Of a DNA stretch of 64,000 bases, positions 10,844 to 22,106 are shown in pieces (the first letter of the stretch is position 1; each line of letters starts with the position of its first letter). The stretch is from Alphaproteobacteria bacterium. Lineage in GTDB: Bacteria; Pseudomonadota; Alphaproteobacteria; GCA-2746255. Location of the stretch: the NCBI GenBank assembly GCA_965249135.1, contig OZ252220.1, forward strand, positions 512,001 through 576,000, in the 5' to 3' direction. The position numbers and the translations under genes are program-made. The notes under the pieces are model-generated. The model had not been told where the DNA came from, searched no databases, and saw only the letters and a list, made by a program, of their open reading frames with translations.

Positions 10844-12256
10844 ATGTCCGTCGTTACTCGTTTCGCACCGAGCCCAACCGGCTACCTCCACATCGGAGGC
10901 GCGCGAACGGCGCTTTTCAACTGGCTCTATGCGCGCCATCACAACGGTACGTTCCTGCTTCGAATCGAAGACACGGACCGCCTGCGCTCGACCAAGGAAG
11001 CCATCGACGCGATTTTCAACGCGCTTCATTGGTTGGAACTGGACCCCGACGAAGAGCCCGTCTACCAAACGTCGCGGATGGACCGGCACGTCGAGGTGGC
11101 AAACAGCCTGCTTGCCGACGGGCTCGCTTATTACTGTTATTGCACGGAAGAAGAGCTTGCCAAAATGCGGGCGGCCGCAAAGCAGGAAGGAAGACCGATT
11201 CGCTACGATGGCCGCTGGCGCGACCGGGACTCTTCGACAGCACTTCCGGATGCGAAGCCAACCGTCCGTTTCAAGGCCCCGCTCGACGGCGCCACCGTTC
11301 TTAAAGATCTAATCCAGGACGAAGTGAAAGTTGAAAACGCACAACTCGACGACATGGTGCTCCTTCGTGCGGACGGCTCACCCACCTATATGCTTTCTGC
11401 GGTCGTGGACGATCACGACATGGGAATCACGCACGTTATCCGCGGCGATGACCATTTGACGAATGCGTTTCGTCAAACTCAATTATACCGCGCGCTTTCA
11501 TGGCCGGTGCCTGAATTTGCGCATATGTCTCTCATCCACGCACCGGATGGATCGAAACTTTCCAAGCGCCACGGCGCGATCGGGGTCGCCGCTTACCGGG
11601 AGATGGGCCTTCTTCCGGAGGCGCTTCGCAACTACCTGCTTCGTCTTGGATGGAGTCATGGCGATGACGAAATCATCTCCACGGCCCGTGCCATCGAATG
11701 GTTCGATCTTGACGCCGCCGGTCGTTCGTCGGCGCGCGTCGACATGCAGAAACTCGAATACCTGAACGGCCATTACTTGCGGGAGGCGGAAGATCGGCGC
11801 TTGGTTGGACTCATCGCGCCAAAGATCGAAGGAACCTTGGATCAGAAGCTCGCAAGCGGGGACGAGAAAAAACTCCTTCAGGCGATGGGGGGCTTAAAAA
11901 TGCGTGCGAAGAATTTGAACGAGCTTGCCGAACACGCCGTCTTTTACGTGCGTACGCGGCCCATTTCGCTTGATGAAAAGGCCGCAAAAATACTGGACGA
12001 AGCCGGGCGTCAGCGTCTTGCAAAAGTGGGGGCGAAGCTTGCGGCGCTGGATTCCTGGACGGAGGACGCCCTGGAAGCCGCCATCCAGGAATATGCAAAA
12101 GTCGAGGACGTGAAGCTCGGGAAGGTTGCCCAGCCGCTCAGGGCGGCACTCACCGGCAGCACCATATCGCCGGGAATCTTCGAGGTTATGGCGATCCTTG
12201 GAAAGGTCGAAACTCTAGACCGTTTGCGCGACGTAGCCCCCTGGGATACTTTATAG
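10844..12256 (+). CDS. gltX: Glutamate--tRNA ligase
   Basis: TRFAPSPTGYLHIGG, RIEDTD, RGDDH, KLSKR. Confidence 0.97.
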   Translation: MSVVTRFAPSPTGYLHIGGARTALFNWLYARHHNGTFLLRIEDTDRLRSTKEAIDAIFNALHWLELDPDEEPVYQTSRMDRHVEVANSLLADGLAYYCYCTEEELAKMRAAAKQEGRPIRYDGRWRDRDSSTALPDAKPTVRFKAPLDGATVLKDLIQDEVKVENAQLDDMVLLRADGSPTYMLSAVVDDHDMGITHVIRGDDHLTNAFRQTQLYRALSWPVPEFAHMSLIHAPDGSKLSKRHGAIGVAAYREMGLLPEALRNYLLRLGWSHGDDEIISTARAIEWFDLDAAGRSSARVDMQKLEYLNGHYLREAEDRRLVGLIAPKIEGTLDQKLASGDEKKLLQAMGGLKMRAKNLNELAEHAVFYVRTRPISLDEKAAKILDEAGRQRLAKVGAKLAALDSWTEDALEAAIQEYAKVEDVKLGKVAQPLRAALTGSTISPGIFEVMAILGKVETLDRLRDVAPWDTL

Positions 12257-12364
12257 ATCGGGAAAACGCACCCTTCTGGCGTGGCAGAATACGTCTTGAA
12301 GGCGTAGCGAAAGCCTTTACAAGAATATCGCCAAGCAAGGGCCCCTTCGGGAAGGAAGGCTGGA

Positions 12365-13687
12365 ATGAACAAGAAGAATGCCGAATCGGGAGCTGGCGGT
12401 TCCTTTACCCTGATCGACAACAAAACGAACAAAAAATACGAACTACCAACCATCGACGGGACGGATGGGCCTTCCGTCATCGATGTTCGCAAGGTCTATG
12501 TCGAAACCGGCTGCTTTACCTACGACCCCGGATTCACCTCTACTGCCAGCTGTGATTCGAAGATCACCTTTATTGACGGCGAGGCCGGCATCCTTAGCTA
12601 TCGCGGCTACCCGATCCAGGAGCTGGCCGAAAAGAGCGATTACCTGGAGGTTTGTTACCTCCTCCTCCATGGCGAGCTTCCGAACGCCGCCGAGAAGGAA
12701 GAATTCGTACACAACATCACCTATCACACGATGCTGGACGAGCGGATCCTCTTTTTCTTCCGGGGCTTCCCGCGCGCCGCTCATCCCATGGCCGTAATCT
12801 GCGGCGTCGTCGGCGCACTTTCTGCTTTCTACCATGACAATCTCGACTTCAACGATAAGCAACAGCGGATCATTGCTTCGCACCGGCTAATCGCAAAACT
12901 GCCGACGATTGCAGCAATGGCTTACAAATATTCGCTTGGCCAGCCCTTCATCTATCCGCGCAACGAGCTGACCTATTGTGAAAACTTTCTCCGCATGATG
13001 TTCGCGGTTCCCTGCGAGGACTACAAAATAAACCCGGTGCTCGCCAAGGCCTTGGACAAGATTTTCATTCTCCATGCCGACCACGAACAAAATGCTTCCA
13101 CCTCGACCGTACGGCTTGCCGGGTCGACGGGCGCCAATCCGTTTGCCTGCGTTTCCGCCGGGATCGCATCGCTCTGGGGGCCGGCACATGGCGGGGCGAA
13201 CGAAGCCGTCCTCAATATGCTGCATGAGATCGGATCAAAAGATCGCGTGCCGGATTTCATCAAACGTGCGAAGGACAAGAATGACCCCTTCCGTCTGATG
13301 GGGTTTGGCCATCGGGTGTACAAGAACTACGATCCGCGCGCCGCGGTCCTCCGAAGCTCGGCTCACGAGGTGCTCGATGATCTCAATGTCAGGGACGAGC
13401 CACTCCTTGAATTGGCGATGGAACTTGAACGCATCGCCCTTGAGGATGACTACTTCGTCGAAAAGAAACTTTTCCCGAACGTCGATTTCTATTCCGGAAT
13501 CATCCTGAAGGCGATGGGAATTCCAACCTCCATGTTTACCGTCATGTTCGCGCTGGGGCGCACGGTGGGATGGATCGCCCAGTGGAATGAAATGGTCGAG
13601 GATCCCGAGCAGAAAATCGGCCGCCCAAGGCAATTGTATACGGGCGCCAAGGAACGTGCCTTCGTGCCCATCGAAAAGCGAAAATAG
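12365..13687 (+). CDS. gltA: Citrate synthase (type II)
   Basis: [46 protein letters not shown]. Confidence 0.98.
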   Translation: MNKKNAESGAGGSFTLIDNKTNKKYELPTIDGTDGPSVIDVRKVYVETGCFTYDPGFTSTASCDSKITFIDGEAGILSYRGYPIQELAEKSDYLEVCYLLLHGELPNAAEKEEFVHNITYHTMLDERILFFFRGFPRAAHPMAVICGVVGALSAFYHDNLDFNDKQQRIIASHRLIAKLPTIAAMAYKYSLGQPFIYPRNELTYCENFLRMMFAVPCEDYKINPVLAKALDKIFILHADHEQNASTSTVRLAGSTGANPFACVSAGIASLWGPAHGGANEAVLNMLHEIGSKDRVPDFIKRAKDKNDPFRLMGFGHRVYKNYDPRAAVLRSSAHEVLDDLNVRDEPLLELAMELERIALEDDYFVEKKLFPNVDFYSGIILKAMGIPTSMFTVMFALGRTVGWIAQWNEMVEDPEQKIGRPRQLYTGAKERAFVPIEKRK

Positions 13688-13724
13688 GCCGCACACATTC
13701 GTTCTTCAAATTGGATGGTTTGGC

Positions 13725-14927
13725 CTAAGTCGATTGGCTCGATAGAGCCTTCGCGCGAGCTTCCAAAAACTGCAGAATTGCGTTTGCCGCCCGACGGGAA
13801 GGAAGCCCACCCCCCTCCCCCAACTGCAAGAGCGCCTCTTTTACTTCCTGTTTTTGGGCTTGCCGCACCTTGGGGTCCTGCAACAGGCGAATGAGCGTAT
13901 CCGCCAGTGCCTTCGGATTGCAGTTCTCCTGCAAAAGTTCCGGCACCACCTCCCGGCCCAGGATGACGTTGACGAGTGCGACATGGCGAACGCTGAGCAT
14001 CCGGCGAAGCAGCCACGCGGTAATCGGATTCACCCGGTAGGCAACCACCATCGGAAGGCCGGCCCGCGCGACCTCAACGGTCGCCGTGCCAGAAGCGACA
14101 ACGGCGATCTCGCTTGCCGCGAGCGCATCCCACATCTCGTGGCGATCCGTCACGACGACGGTGGGCACCGGCCAGTTTTTGGCCGCTTCCCTTACCTCTG
14201 TCTCGACGGGTGAAACGGTTGGAACGACCGCCTGCAAGCTTGGGTAGCGCTCCTTCAACAATACCAGCGCCTCGCCAAATACCGGTAACAGCCGGGACGT
14301 TTCGGAGTGACGGCTGCCCGGCAGCATGGCGATCACCGGCGCCAGCGATGGGATGCGATGGCGCTCGCGAAAAGCGGGGCCATCCCCGGTTCCGGCTCCG
14401 GATTCGATGGCGGAATGGCCAACGGCAATGCTGGGCAAGCCCACCCTTTCAAAGATCGGCGGCTCGAAGGGAAGCAGCGTCAGCAACAAGTCGTTTACCC
14501 GGGCGAGTTTTCTCGCACGTCGTGGTTTCCAAGCCCACACTTGCGGCGCCACGTAATGAATGACCGGAATGTTCAAACCTGAAAGCCGCTTGGCGACGTG
14601 ATAGCTAAAGGTTGGCGTATCAATCGTGACAACGGCAACCGGCCGTTCGTTTGCGATGGCCGCAACGGTTTCGCGAAGACGGCGCAATAGGATTGGCAGA
14701 TGGGGGAGAATTTCCGTAATCCCGATCAGCGCGATGTCGCGCATCGGAAAGAGCGGATCCAGTTTTTCCGCCACCATGGCGTCCCCTCCGACGCCACGGA
14801 AATGGGCATGCCCGCCGAGCCGATCGCGTAGCGCCACCATCAGCCGCGCGCCGAGACGATCCCCGGATGGCTCGCCGGCAATTACAAAAAAAAGTGGCGC
14901 GCCTTCTTCAGTGCGACCGTCCGGCAT
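13725..14927 (-). CDS. lpxB: Lipid-A-disaccharide synthase
   Basis: AGEPSGD, HYVAPQVWAW, LPFE, LPGSR, SGTAT motifs. Confidence 0.96.
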   Translation of the reverse strand: MPDGRTEEGAPLFFVIAGEPSGDRLGARLMVALRDRLGGHAHFRGVGGDAMVAEKLDPLFPMRDIALIGITEILPHLPILLRRLRETVAAIANERPVAVVTIDTPTFSYHVAKRLSGLNIPVIHYVAPQVWAWKPRRARKLARVNDLLLTLLPFEPPIFERVGLPSIAVGHSAIESGAGTGDGPAFRERHRIPSLAPVIAMLPGSRHSETSRLLPVFGEALVLLKERYPSLQAVVPTVSPVETEVREAAKNWPVPTVVVTDRHEMWDALAASEIAVVASGTATVEVARAGLPMVVAYRVNPITAWLLRRMLSVRHVALVNVILGREVVPELLQENCNPKALADTLIRLLQDPKVRQAQKQEVKEALLQLGEGGGLPSRRAANAILQFLEARAKALSSQST

Positions 14928-15745
14928 TATGCCACCGTAATCCCAACAAGAAAAAGATCGGCGGCATCGGCAGCGGCGATAACCGAGTCCCGGTCGATAA
15001 TAAGCGAGCCGCCCGCTTCGATGGCGATTCCGCGAAGGCCTGCCTGGGCGGCGGCCTTTACGGTGGCGATGCCGATGGTCGGCAAATCCGCCCTGGCATC
15101 CTGTTCCGGCTTTTTGATTTTTACCAGGACGCCACCGGGTCCTTCGCGCTGCAGGCTTCCCGTTCGCGCAATCAGCGCGTCCGTTCCTTCGATGGCCTCC
15201 ACGCCGAGTGCGATGCCCTGCTGAACGACAACCGCCTGGCCGACGTCAAAGGAACCGGTTGCACGGGCAACCTCGACACCATAATCGATGTCCGATTCGG
15301 CCTGCGCATCCGGTGCGACTCTTCCGAGCACGCCTTGCGGCGTCAGTAGATCATCAAAGACGTCTTCGGCCCCGACCACGCGAAATCCTTCCTCTTCCAG
15401 CTCCCGTATCGCCGTGCGAAGCAGGCCGTCGTCCCTTAAGGCGGCAACGCCCGCCTTTGCCAACAGTCGTGCCCCACGCATGTCGGGGCGTAACGAGCCA
15501 AGGGATGGGCGGCCCACCGGTCCCGCTAGGACGAGTTCTTCGACGCCCGCTTCATGCAAGAACTTGATGGCGGCCCCGACAGCGCCAAGACGCACCCAGG
15601 CATGTGGCACGGCTTCAACGGTTTTCGGGTCCGTGTGTCCCTTGAAAGCAAGGACAAAGCATTCCCTTCCCTTCGACCGGCACGCTTCGACGACACGGGC
15701 AGGCAATGCGCCGCCACCGGCAATAATCCCTAGCTTATTCGACAT
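14927..15745 (-). CDS. lpxI: UDP-2,3-diacylglucosamine pyrophosphatase LpxI
   Basis: LGIIAGGGALP, DVGQ, EAIEGTD, KPEQDARADLPTIG; lies between lpxA and lpxB. Confidence 0.93.
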   Translation of the reverse strand: MSNKLGIIAGGGALPARVVEACRSKGRECFVLAFKGHTDPKTVEAVPHAWVRLGAVGAAIKFLHEAGVEELVLAGPVGRPSLGSLRPDMRGARLLAKAGVAALRDDGLLRTAIRELEEEGFRVVGAEDVFDDLLTPQGVLGRVAPDAQAESDIDYGVEVARATGSFDVGQAVVVQQGIALGVEAIEGTDALIARTGSLQREGPGGVLVKIKKPEQDARADLPTIGIATVKAAAQAGLRGIAIEAGGSLIIDRDSVIAAADAADLFLVGITVA

Positions 15746-16538
15746 GCCCCGCCTTGGGCTGACAAATGGACCGTGAGGAATCTTCCTGGATAAAGCCGAT
15801 AATGTCCTGAACGACTTCATTGTTTTCAAACAGTTCCGAGACGTCTGCAAGGCGCTCCGCCAGGGTCCCTTCTTCTGCAAACAACAGACGGTAGGCATTG
15901 CGAAGCGTGTGAATCGCGTCCCGCGAGAAACCTCTGCGTTTAAGTCCGATGATGTTGAGGCCGCTCAGATGCGCCCGATTTCCCATCACCGAACCATAGG
16001 GAATGACATCGTTTTCGACACCAGACATACCGCCCACCATGGCGTGTTTTCCGACGCGTACATATTGGTGAACCGCGGACAGGCCGCCGATAATAACGTA
16101 GTCGCCAAGTTTCACATGTCCGCCCAGGGTCCCGTTGTTCGCCATCACGACGTAATCGCCGATCTTGCAGTCGTGTGCCACGTGAGAGGCGATCATAAAC
16201 AGACCGTGGCTGCCAACGCTGGTGAGCAAACCGCCACCTTCCGTTCCAGGATTCATCGTCACATGTTCACGAATCACGTTATGACTGCCGATGGTAAGCT
16301 TGGAGGGCTCACCCTTGTATTTCATGTCTTGTGGTGGGTGGCCGATCGATGCAAAGGGGTAGATGCGCGTCTTCTCGCCGATTTTCGTGCGCCCATCTAC
16401 GCTTACATGGGCTTCCAGCGTGACTTCATCGCCAAGTTCAACGTCTGTGCCGACGCAACAATAGGGACCGATGCGCACATCCTTGCCCAGCGTTGCCCCC
16501 GGCGCCACGATTGCAGTGAGGTGGATGTCGGTGGCCAT
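15735..16538 (-). CDS. lpxA: UDP-N-acetylglucosamine O-acyltransferase
   Basis: Hexapeptide repeats, PQDMKY, HVAHDC, GLNIIGLKRRGF. Confidence 0.97.
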   Translation of the reverse strand: MATDIHLTAIVAPGATLGKDVRIGPYCCVGTDVELGDEVTLEAHVSVDGRTKIGEKTRIYPFASIGHPPQDMKYKGEPSKLTIGSHNVIREHVTMNPGTEGGGLLTSVGSHGLFMIASHVAHDCKIGDYVVMANNGTLGGHVKLGDYVIIGGLSAVHQYVRVGKHAMVGGMSGVENDVIPYGSVMGNRAHLSGLNIIGLKRRGFSRDAIHTLRNAYRLLFAEEGTLAERLADVSELFENNEVVQDIIGFIQEDSSRSICQPKAGHVE

Positions 16539-16999
16539 CAGCGATCCAAGATCATTGCGGTGAACGTCGCTTCCGCCATCACCTGACCTTCCACCTGGGC
16601 AACGGCGCGGAATTTCCAGACATTCGCCCAGCTCTGCTGCTTTTCGACGACCAGGCGCAACTGATCCCCCGGCGTCACCGGCCTGCGGAAGCGGGCGTTG
16701 TCGATCGACATGAAAAAAACCAGTTTGCCTTCCGCCGCCGAGCCTAAGCTATGAACCACCAAACCGGCTGCCGTTTGTGCCATGGATTCGATAATCAAGA
16801 CCCCGGGCATCACGGGCTCGTGCGGGAAATGGCCCTGAAAATGCGGCTCGTTGGCCGTCACATTTTTGATACCCGTCGCGCTTTCACCCGGCACCACGTC
16901 GACCAGACGATCGATCATAAGAAACGGGTAGCGATGCGGCAGCATTTCCATGACCCGCAGAATGTCGAGATCCTCGCCTTTCTTCTTCTTATCCGTCAC
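16538..16999 (-). CDS. fabZ: 3-hydroxyacyl-ACP dehydratase
   Basis: [29 protein letters not shown]. Confidence 0.97.
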   Translation of the reverse strand: MTDKKKKGEDLDILRVMEMLPHRYPFLMIDRLVDVVPGESATGIKNVTANEPHFQGHFPHEPVMPGVLIIESMAQTAAGLVVHSLGSAAEGKLVFFMSIDNARFRRPVTPGDQLRLVVEKQQSWANVWKFRAVAQVEGQVMAEATFTAMILDR

Positions 17000-18023
17000 C
17001 GCTGGGAATCCTCTTTTTGGCTAATTTGGCGATGGCTACCGTTTGACGGTGGTATTGAACGACCGGGACGGCCGGGCTGCCGCCAACCGTTTCACCAGGG
17101 CCTACGTCGCGCGTGACCCCGGCCTGCCCGCCGATTCGGGCGCCGGATCCGATCACAAGGTGGCCGGTCACCCCAGCTTGCCCACCAATGAACACATAGT
17201 CACCAAATTTTGTGCTCCCGGAAATTCCAACCTGCGCAACGAGGACGCAGCCATCACCAAGTTCAACGTTGTGGGCAACCTGCACCAAGTTATCGATCAT
17301 GCATCCGGCGCCGATCACCGTATCGGCGCTCGCGCCGCGATCGATCGTCACGTTGGCGCCGATCTCTACGTCATCCCGTATAAGGACCCGACCCAATTGA
17401 GGAACGCGCAAATGTCCCTCCGGATCGGGATGAAAACCAAAGCCATCCTGACCGATCCGCGCGCCCGGGTAGATAATCACGCGCGACCCCACAACGCAGT
17501 GGGTCAATGAAGAACAGGCATCTATTCGACAATCGTCGCCGATCTGGACGTTCGGGCCGATGACCACATTCGGGCCAATCAAACAGCGCTCCCCAATTTC
17601 CGCCTGGGCGCCGATAACGGCGCCTGGCTCGATGCCGGTTCCTTTACCGATTTTCGCGGATGGGTCGACGCTTGCAGAGGCCGCAATTCCAGGCGTGATC
17701 GGTTTTGGTGGATAGAAGGCAGCGGCGATCCGCGCATACGTCCGATAGGGCTTCTCAACCTTCAACAAGATCATTTCGGCAGGCGCACGTTCCGCCATGT
17801 CCGGATGGACGATGCAGAGGCCCGCTTTGCTTTTTTCAAAAACCGGAAGGTATTTACGATTGTCCAAAAAGCTTACGTGATTCGCTTCCGCCTTATCCAG
17901 AGGCGCGATATCTTCGAAGGCCCGGCTGGGATCCGCACCTTTCGGCAAGCCTATACCGGCCATCTCGGAGATTTGCGCGAGGGTAAAAGGACCGGCGGAT
18001 GAGAAGAAACGAGGATCAGGCAA
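16989..18023 (-). CDS. lpxD: UDP-3-O-acylglucosamine N-acyltransferase
   Basis: Hexapeptide repeats, [27 protein letters not shown]; TTG start after AGGAGG. Confidence 0.96.
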   Translation of the reverse strand: MPDPRFFSSAGPFTLAQISEMAGIGLPKGADPSRAFEDIAPLDKAEANHVSFLDNRKYLPVFEKSKAGLCIVHPDMAERAPAEMILLKVEKPYRTYARIAAAFYPPKPITPGIAASASVDPSAKIGKGTGIEPGAVIGAQAEIGERCLIGPNVVIGPNVQIGDDCRIDACSSLTHCVVGSRVIIYPGARIGQDGFGFHPDPEGHLRVPQLGRVLIRDDVEIGANVTIDRGASADTVIGAGCMIDNLVQVAHNVELGDGCVLVAQVGISGSTKFGDYVFIGGQAGVTGHLVIGSGARIGGQAGVTRDVGPGETVGGSPAVPVVQYHRQTVAIAKLAKKRIPSGDG

Positions 18024-18034
18024 GAAAGCGCCTC

Positions 18035-18589
18035 CTATTTAGGAATCGCCACCTTGGGAAGTTGCTCGTCTAAACGTTTCAACACCTCATCCGAAATATC
18101 GAATCCCTTGATGGCAAAGAGTACCGAATTCCCCGTTATGATCAGGTTGAGGCCGCGCTCCTGAGCAATAGCCCCAGAAATTTCAGAAAGTTTCACCTGA
18201 ATTTCCTGGCTTGCCTTCTCGGATGTCCCGCGCAGCTTTGTTTGCCTATCGTCAAGAGTTTTAGCCAGTGACATAAGTTTCTTCTGGAACTCCTGCTGAC
18301 GTTGCTTGAAGGCTTCCGGCGAAAGAAGGGTTTTCTGTCGAACAAGATCCTCACGCTGTTTCCCGAAATCCTTCTCCATGGCCTCGGCATCTGTCTGTAT
18401 TGCCTTTGCCCGCTTATCCATTTCATCGCGTATCTGCTGATACGCTTTCGCCTTCGAGGCAATCACCGACATCTGCACGATACCGACCAGCGCTGGCGGC
18501 AAAGCCTGGGCCTGAACGGGCAAGCTTGGAGCTGTCGTAAAAAGAAATGCGGCAATTAAAACGGGCAGGCCTTTAATGAATATTTTCAT
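18035..18589 (-). CDS. skp: OmpH/Skp family periplasmic chaperone
   Basis: Signal peptide, long coiled coil, C-terminal [11 protein letters not shown]; lies between bamA and lpxD. Confidence 0.88.
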   Translation of the reverse strand: MKIFIKGLPVLIAAFLFTTAPSLPVQAQALPPALVGIVQMSVIASKAKAYQQIRDEMDKRAKAIQTDAEAMEKDFGKQREDLVRQKTLLSPEAFKQRQQEFQKKLMSLAKTLDDRQTKLRGTSEKASQEIQVKLSEISGAIAQERGLNLIITGNSVLFAIKGFDISDEVLKRLDEQLPKVAIPK

Positions 18590-18625
18590 GATAAAATCAC
18601 CCCGGTCTTACTGTCCCTCTTCATC

Positions 18626-20935
18626 CTAGAATACCCTTCCGAAGCTGAACCGGAAAAGCTCCTTCTCGTCAAAATTCTCTTTAAGAATCGGGATGCCGAA
18701 ATCGCCTCGCACCGGCCCGAAAGGCGAATCCCAGGAAATTCCGAATCCGGCCGACATCCTTAGGCTGGCTTCATCCCGGACTTCCGGCCCTGTCGCGTCC
18801 ACTTCCGTCAAACCACCAACATCTAGGAAAAGGACAGTCGAAACGCCGGTCGATTGCTCAAGACCCAGCGGCACCCTCAACTCCACGGAACCATTGTAGA
18901 TGAAATTACCACCAAGTGCGTCATTCGCCACAATGTCGCGTGGGCCGACCCCGCTATTTTCAAAGCCTCTGAGATTGCTCCCTCCGAGGAAAAAGCGGTC
19001 ATTGATTCGGATTGCATCACTACCCAGCCGAAAGATATAGCCAACCCTGGCTGTATAGCTAACGACCCATCTTCGGTCCACATCCAATGGCTGAAAATAG
19101 CCGCCATTCAACGAATTGCGTAGGTATTTGACATTCCCGCCAAGCCCGGCGATATCGTTCCGCATGGCCACGAACCAACCTTCCGTCGTTTTCTTAGTTC
19201 GATCGCGCCGGTCGTATTGGAGCGTGTGGCCAATCAGAGACGTCGTGAAATCACCCTGCTGGTCGATCACGAAGCGAGAGGCGATCAAAGGCACATCTCG
19301 AAGATCATCTTTTTGGAATGTGTAATTCCAGTTTTGACGCAGGTGCTCACTCAATACATAGCCGCTTCGCAGCGTGAAGCCTGTCTGATCCAGCTGGAAG
19401 GAACTGAAGTCCGATTCATCTCTAGAGCGACTAAAAACATCAAAGCCCGCGACAACTTCGTGCCCAAGAAAATAGGGCTCCGTAAAACTGATACTTTCTT
19501 CTTCATTCCTTTCAGCGATGCTGATAACGGCGCCAAGGCTCTGTCCTTTACCTAGAAAATTCCGTTCCTGGATCCGGAATTCCAAAAGCCCACCGGATGA
19601 GGTTGAAAAACCGATACCGATGCTGAAGTCGCCGGTGGATTTCTCCTCCACCTCCACGTTAACGTTCGTTTGGTCCGGCTCCTCACCCGGCTCGTTCGTT
19701 ACCTCTACTTCTTCGAAATAATCTAAATTTTCGATACGTTGCTTCGAACGATTCATCTTCGACGTATTAAAGGCGTCGCCTTCCGCAAAGCGCATTTCTC
19801 GTCGAATCACGCGATCGACGGTTCGTTCATTGCCAACGATGTTAATGCGATCAATAAAAACCCGCGGCCCCTCCTTAATCTCATAAGTAATTTTAACTCT
19901 CTGGTTGTCACGGTCTCGTTTGACTGCTGGCTTAACTTCAACAAAGGCGTACCCAAACTCACCAAGTTTATCCGTCAAATTATCGACAGATTGATCAACC
20001 TTGTCGGAGTTATACCAAGCATCCTCAAGCGTTGTTATGCTCTCACGTAAGAGATTGGCATCAAGTTTTGGCAATGCATTTCGTATGGCAACTTGTCCAA
20101 AACGGAAGCGCCTTCCCTCATCAACCGTAAATGTGACAAAGAATGCCTCGCGATCCGCTGTAATCTCGGCAACGGCCGAGACGACGATAAATTCCGCGTA
20201 GCCATTCTTCAAATAAAATCGCCGAAGCAACTCTCGATCGAACGTTAAACGGTCAGGATCGTACGTATCGTCCTGGGCCCAAAAGCGATACCACCGCCAC
20301 AGGCTAGTCAGAATAACGGTGCGAAGTTCACGATCTGAAAAGAGCTTATTGCCGACGAAACTGATGCTTCGAATACCGGCAACCGGTCCTTCCGTAATTT
20401 CATGGACCAGCGTGATACGGTTTTCCTGATGCTGAATGATCTTCGGCGAAACCGTTGCCGCAAAATAGCCCCGGCGCCGATAAAGCGTGAGAATACGCTG
20501 GACATCTGCCTGAACTTTTGTCCGCGAATAGACAGATAGAGGGTTTAGCTGAACTTCTTCTTCAAAGTCCTCGTCCTCGATACTTTCATTTCCCTCGAAG
20601 GCAACGTCGCTGATGATCGGATTTTCGATCACCTGAACGATTAATGCATTCCCTGATCGCCGAATCGTAATATCCGCAAACAACCCAGTAGCGAAAAGCG
20701 CCTTCAGCGATTGATCGACACGCGTTTCGTCATAAACATCCCCGGCCCGGACCAGCATGTAGGAATGAACGGTTATCGGCTCAATCCGCTGCGTTCCCTC
20801 GATCCGGACCTCTTCGATAATCTCGCCGCTTCGAAAATCCTGCGCCTGGACCGGAACGCAAAACAGCAGAAGTTCGAGCAGCGTTAAGAAAAACACATAC
20901 CCCTTCGGACCAATGGATGGTTGTCCGCGCCTCAA
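18626..20935 (-). CDS. bamA: Outer membrane protein assembly factor BamA
   Basis: POTRA repeats (GTQRIE, GNERT..VIRRE), barrel LRGF motif, terminal Phe; start codon uncertain. Confidence 0.96.
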   Translation of the reverse strand: MRRGQPSIGPKGYVFFLTLLELLLFCVPVQAQDFRSGEIIEEVRIEGTQRIEPITVHSYMLVRAGDVYDETRVDQSLKALFATGLFADITIRRSGNALIVQVIENPIISDVAFEGNESIEDEDFEEEVQLNPLSVYSRTKVQADVQRILTLYRRRGYFAATVSPKIIQHQENRITLVHEITEGPVAGIRSISFVGNKLFSDRELRTVILTSLWRWYRFWAQDDTYDPDRLTFDRELLRRFYLKNGYAEFIVVSAVAEITADREAFFVTFTVDEGRRFRFGQVAIRNALPKLDANLLRESITTLEDAWYNSDKVDQSVDNLTDKLGEFGYAFVEVKPAVKRDRDNQRVKITYEIKEGPRVFIDRINIVGNERTVDRVIRREMRFAEGDAFNTSKMNRSKQRIENLDYFEEVEVTNEPGEEPDQTNVNVEVEEKSTGDFSIGIGFSTSSGGLLEFRIQERNFLGKGQSLGAVISIAERNEEESISFTEPYFLGHEVVAGFDVFSRSRDESDFSSFQLDQTGFTLRSGYVLSEHLRQNWNYTFQKDDLRDVPLIASRFVIDQQGDFTTSLIGHTLQYDRRDRTKKTTEGWFVAMRNDIAGLGGNVKYLRNSLNGGYFQPLDVDRRWVVSYTARVGYIFRLGSDAIRINDRFFLGGSNLRGFENSGVGPRDIVANDALGGNFIYNGSVELRVPLGLEQSTGVSTVLFLDVGGLTEVDATGPEVRDEASLRMSAGFGISWDSPFGPVRGDFGIPILKENFDEKELFRFSFGRVF

Positions 20936-22065
20936 GAGAAAAGCCCCCGAACGTAATCCCCAACCGGCAGGCGGGCGAGGTCATTCCAGGTGGCAAAGAT
21001 CATCAGCATGAGAACGAGGGCGAGACCGAGACGGAAGCCAATTTCGCGCGCCTTCACGCTCGGTGGCCTGCCAAGCACGGCTTCAATTCCATAAAAAACA
21101 AGATGGCCGCCATCCAATAGAGGAATCGGAAAGAAATTGATGAGACCCAAATTGATGGAAAGGATCGCCATGAACCACAGCATCGTCGTAATGCCGCCCC
21201 GCGCGGCCTCGCCAGACATCTGCGCGATGCCGATTGGACCACTCAGATCGTCCGCCGTGCGCGTGCCGACGATCATTTGACCGATCGCCTCCAGCGTCAG
21301 CAGGGTAAAGGCCACCGTCTCTTTCGAGCCTTCCCAAAGCGCCATGCCGGGGCCCCTGCGAACGAAGTCCACGCCGGCGCTGCGAATGCCAAGGCGGGCG
21401 ATCCGTCGAACGTGCCCGAAGCGATTCGTCACCTCCGTCATATGAGGGGTTGCGATCACGATCACTTCCTGACCATCGCGCTCGACAACGATCTCCAGCG
21501 ACTCCCCCATGTTCAGGCTGATTTGGCGCTTAATGTCCTCAAAACGATCGATCGCGGCGCCATCAACCCGGCGTACGATGTCGCCGGCAGTTAAACCTGC
21601 CTCCTCGGCCGCGCTGCCCGACTGGATAGAGCCAATCGTAGCGGCCGTATAGGGCTGACCGACGGTCCCAAAAAGAACGGCGAAGACCACAATGGCGAAC
21701 AGAAAATTCGCAAGCGGCCCGGCCATGACGATCGCAGTCCGTTGTCCGAGCCGTTTGTGGATGAAGGAGACCTGCTTGTCTTCTTCCGACAAAGATTTCG
21801 CCTCTTCGCTCTCTTTATCGATATCCATTTCACCAAACATCTTCACGTAACCGCCCAACGGCAGAACACTGAACTTCCAACGCGTGCCAACGCTATCGTT
21901 CCAGCCAAAGAGTTCGGGCCCGAAGCCGATCGAGAACGTTTCGACACGCACACCATTGCGGCGCGCGATCAGGTAATGCCCCATCTCATGAACAAAGACG
22001 AGTGCAGTGAGAATAATCAGGAACGGAATGACGTAATCCCAGATTCCGACAAGCAGCTCGATCAC
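20932..22065 (-). CDS. rseP: RIP metalloprotease RseP
   Basis: HEMGH, GGYVKM, AGPLAN, PDZ domain, NFFPIPLLDGGH. Confidence 0.96.
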   Translation of the reverse strand: MIELLVGIWDYVIPFLIILTALVFVHEMGHYLIARRNGVRVETFSIGFGPELFGWNDSVGTRWKFSVLPLGGYVKMFGEMDIDKESEEAKSLSEEDKQVSFIHKRLGQRTAIVMAGPLANFLFAIVVFAVLFGTVGQPYTAATIGSIQSGSAAEEAGLTAGDIVRRVDGAAIDRFEDIKRQISLNMGESLEIVVERDGQEVIVIATPHMTEVTNRFGHVRRIARLGIRSAGVDFVRRGPGMALWEGSKETVAFTLLTLEAIGQMIVGTRTADDLSGPIGIAQMSGEAARGGITTMLWFMAILSINLGLINFFPIPLLDGGHLVFYGIEAVLGRPPSVKAREIGFRLGLALVLMLMIFATWNDLARLPVGDYVRGLFS

Positions 22066-22106
22066 AGCATTCGATTCCCGATTGACGCCCAGTGAAGGAG
22101 CCGGGC

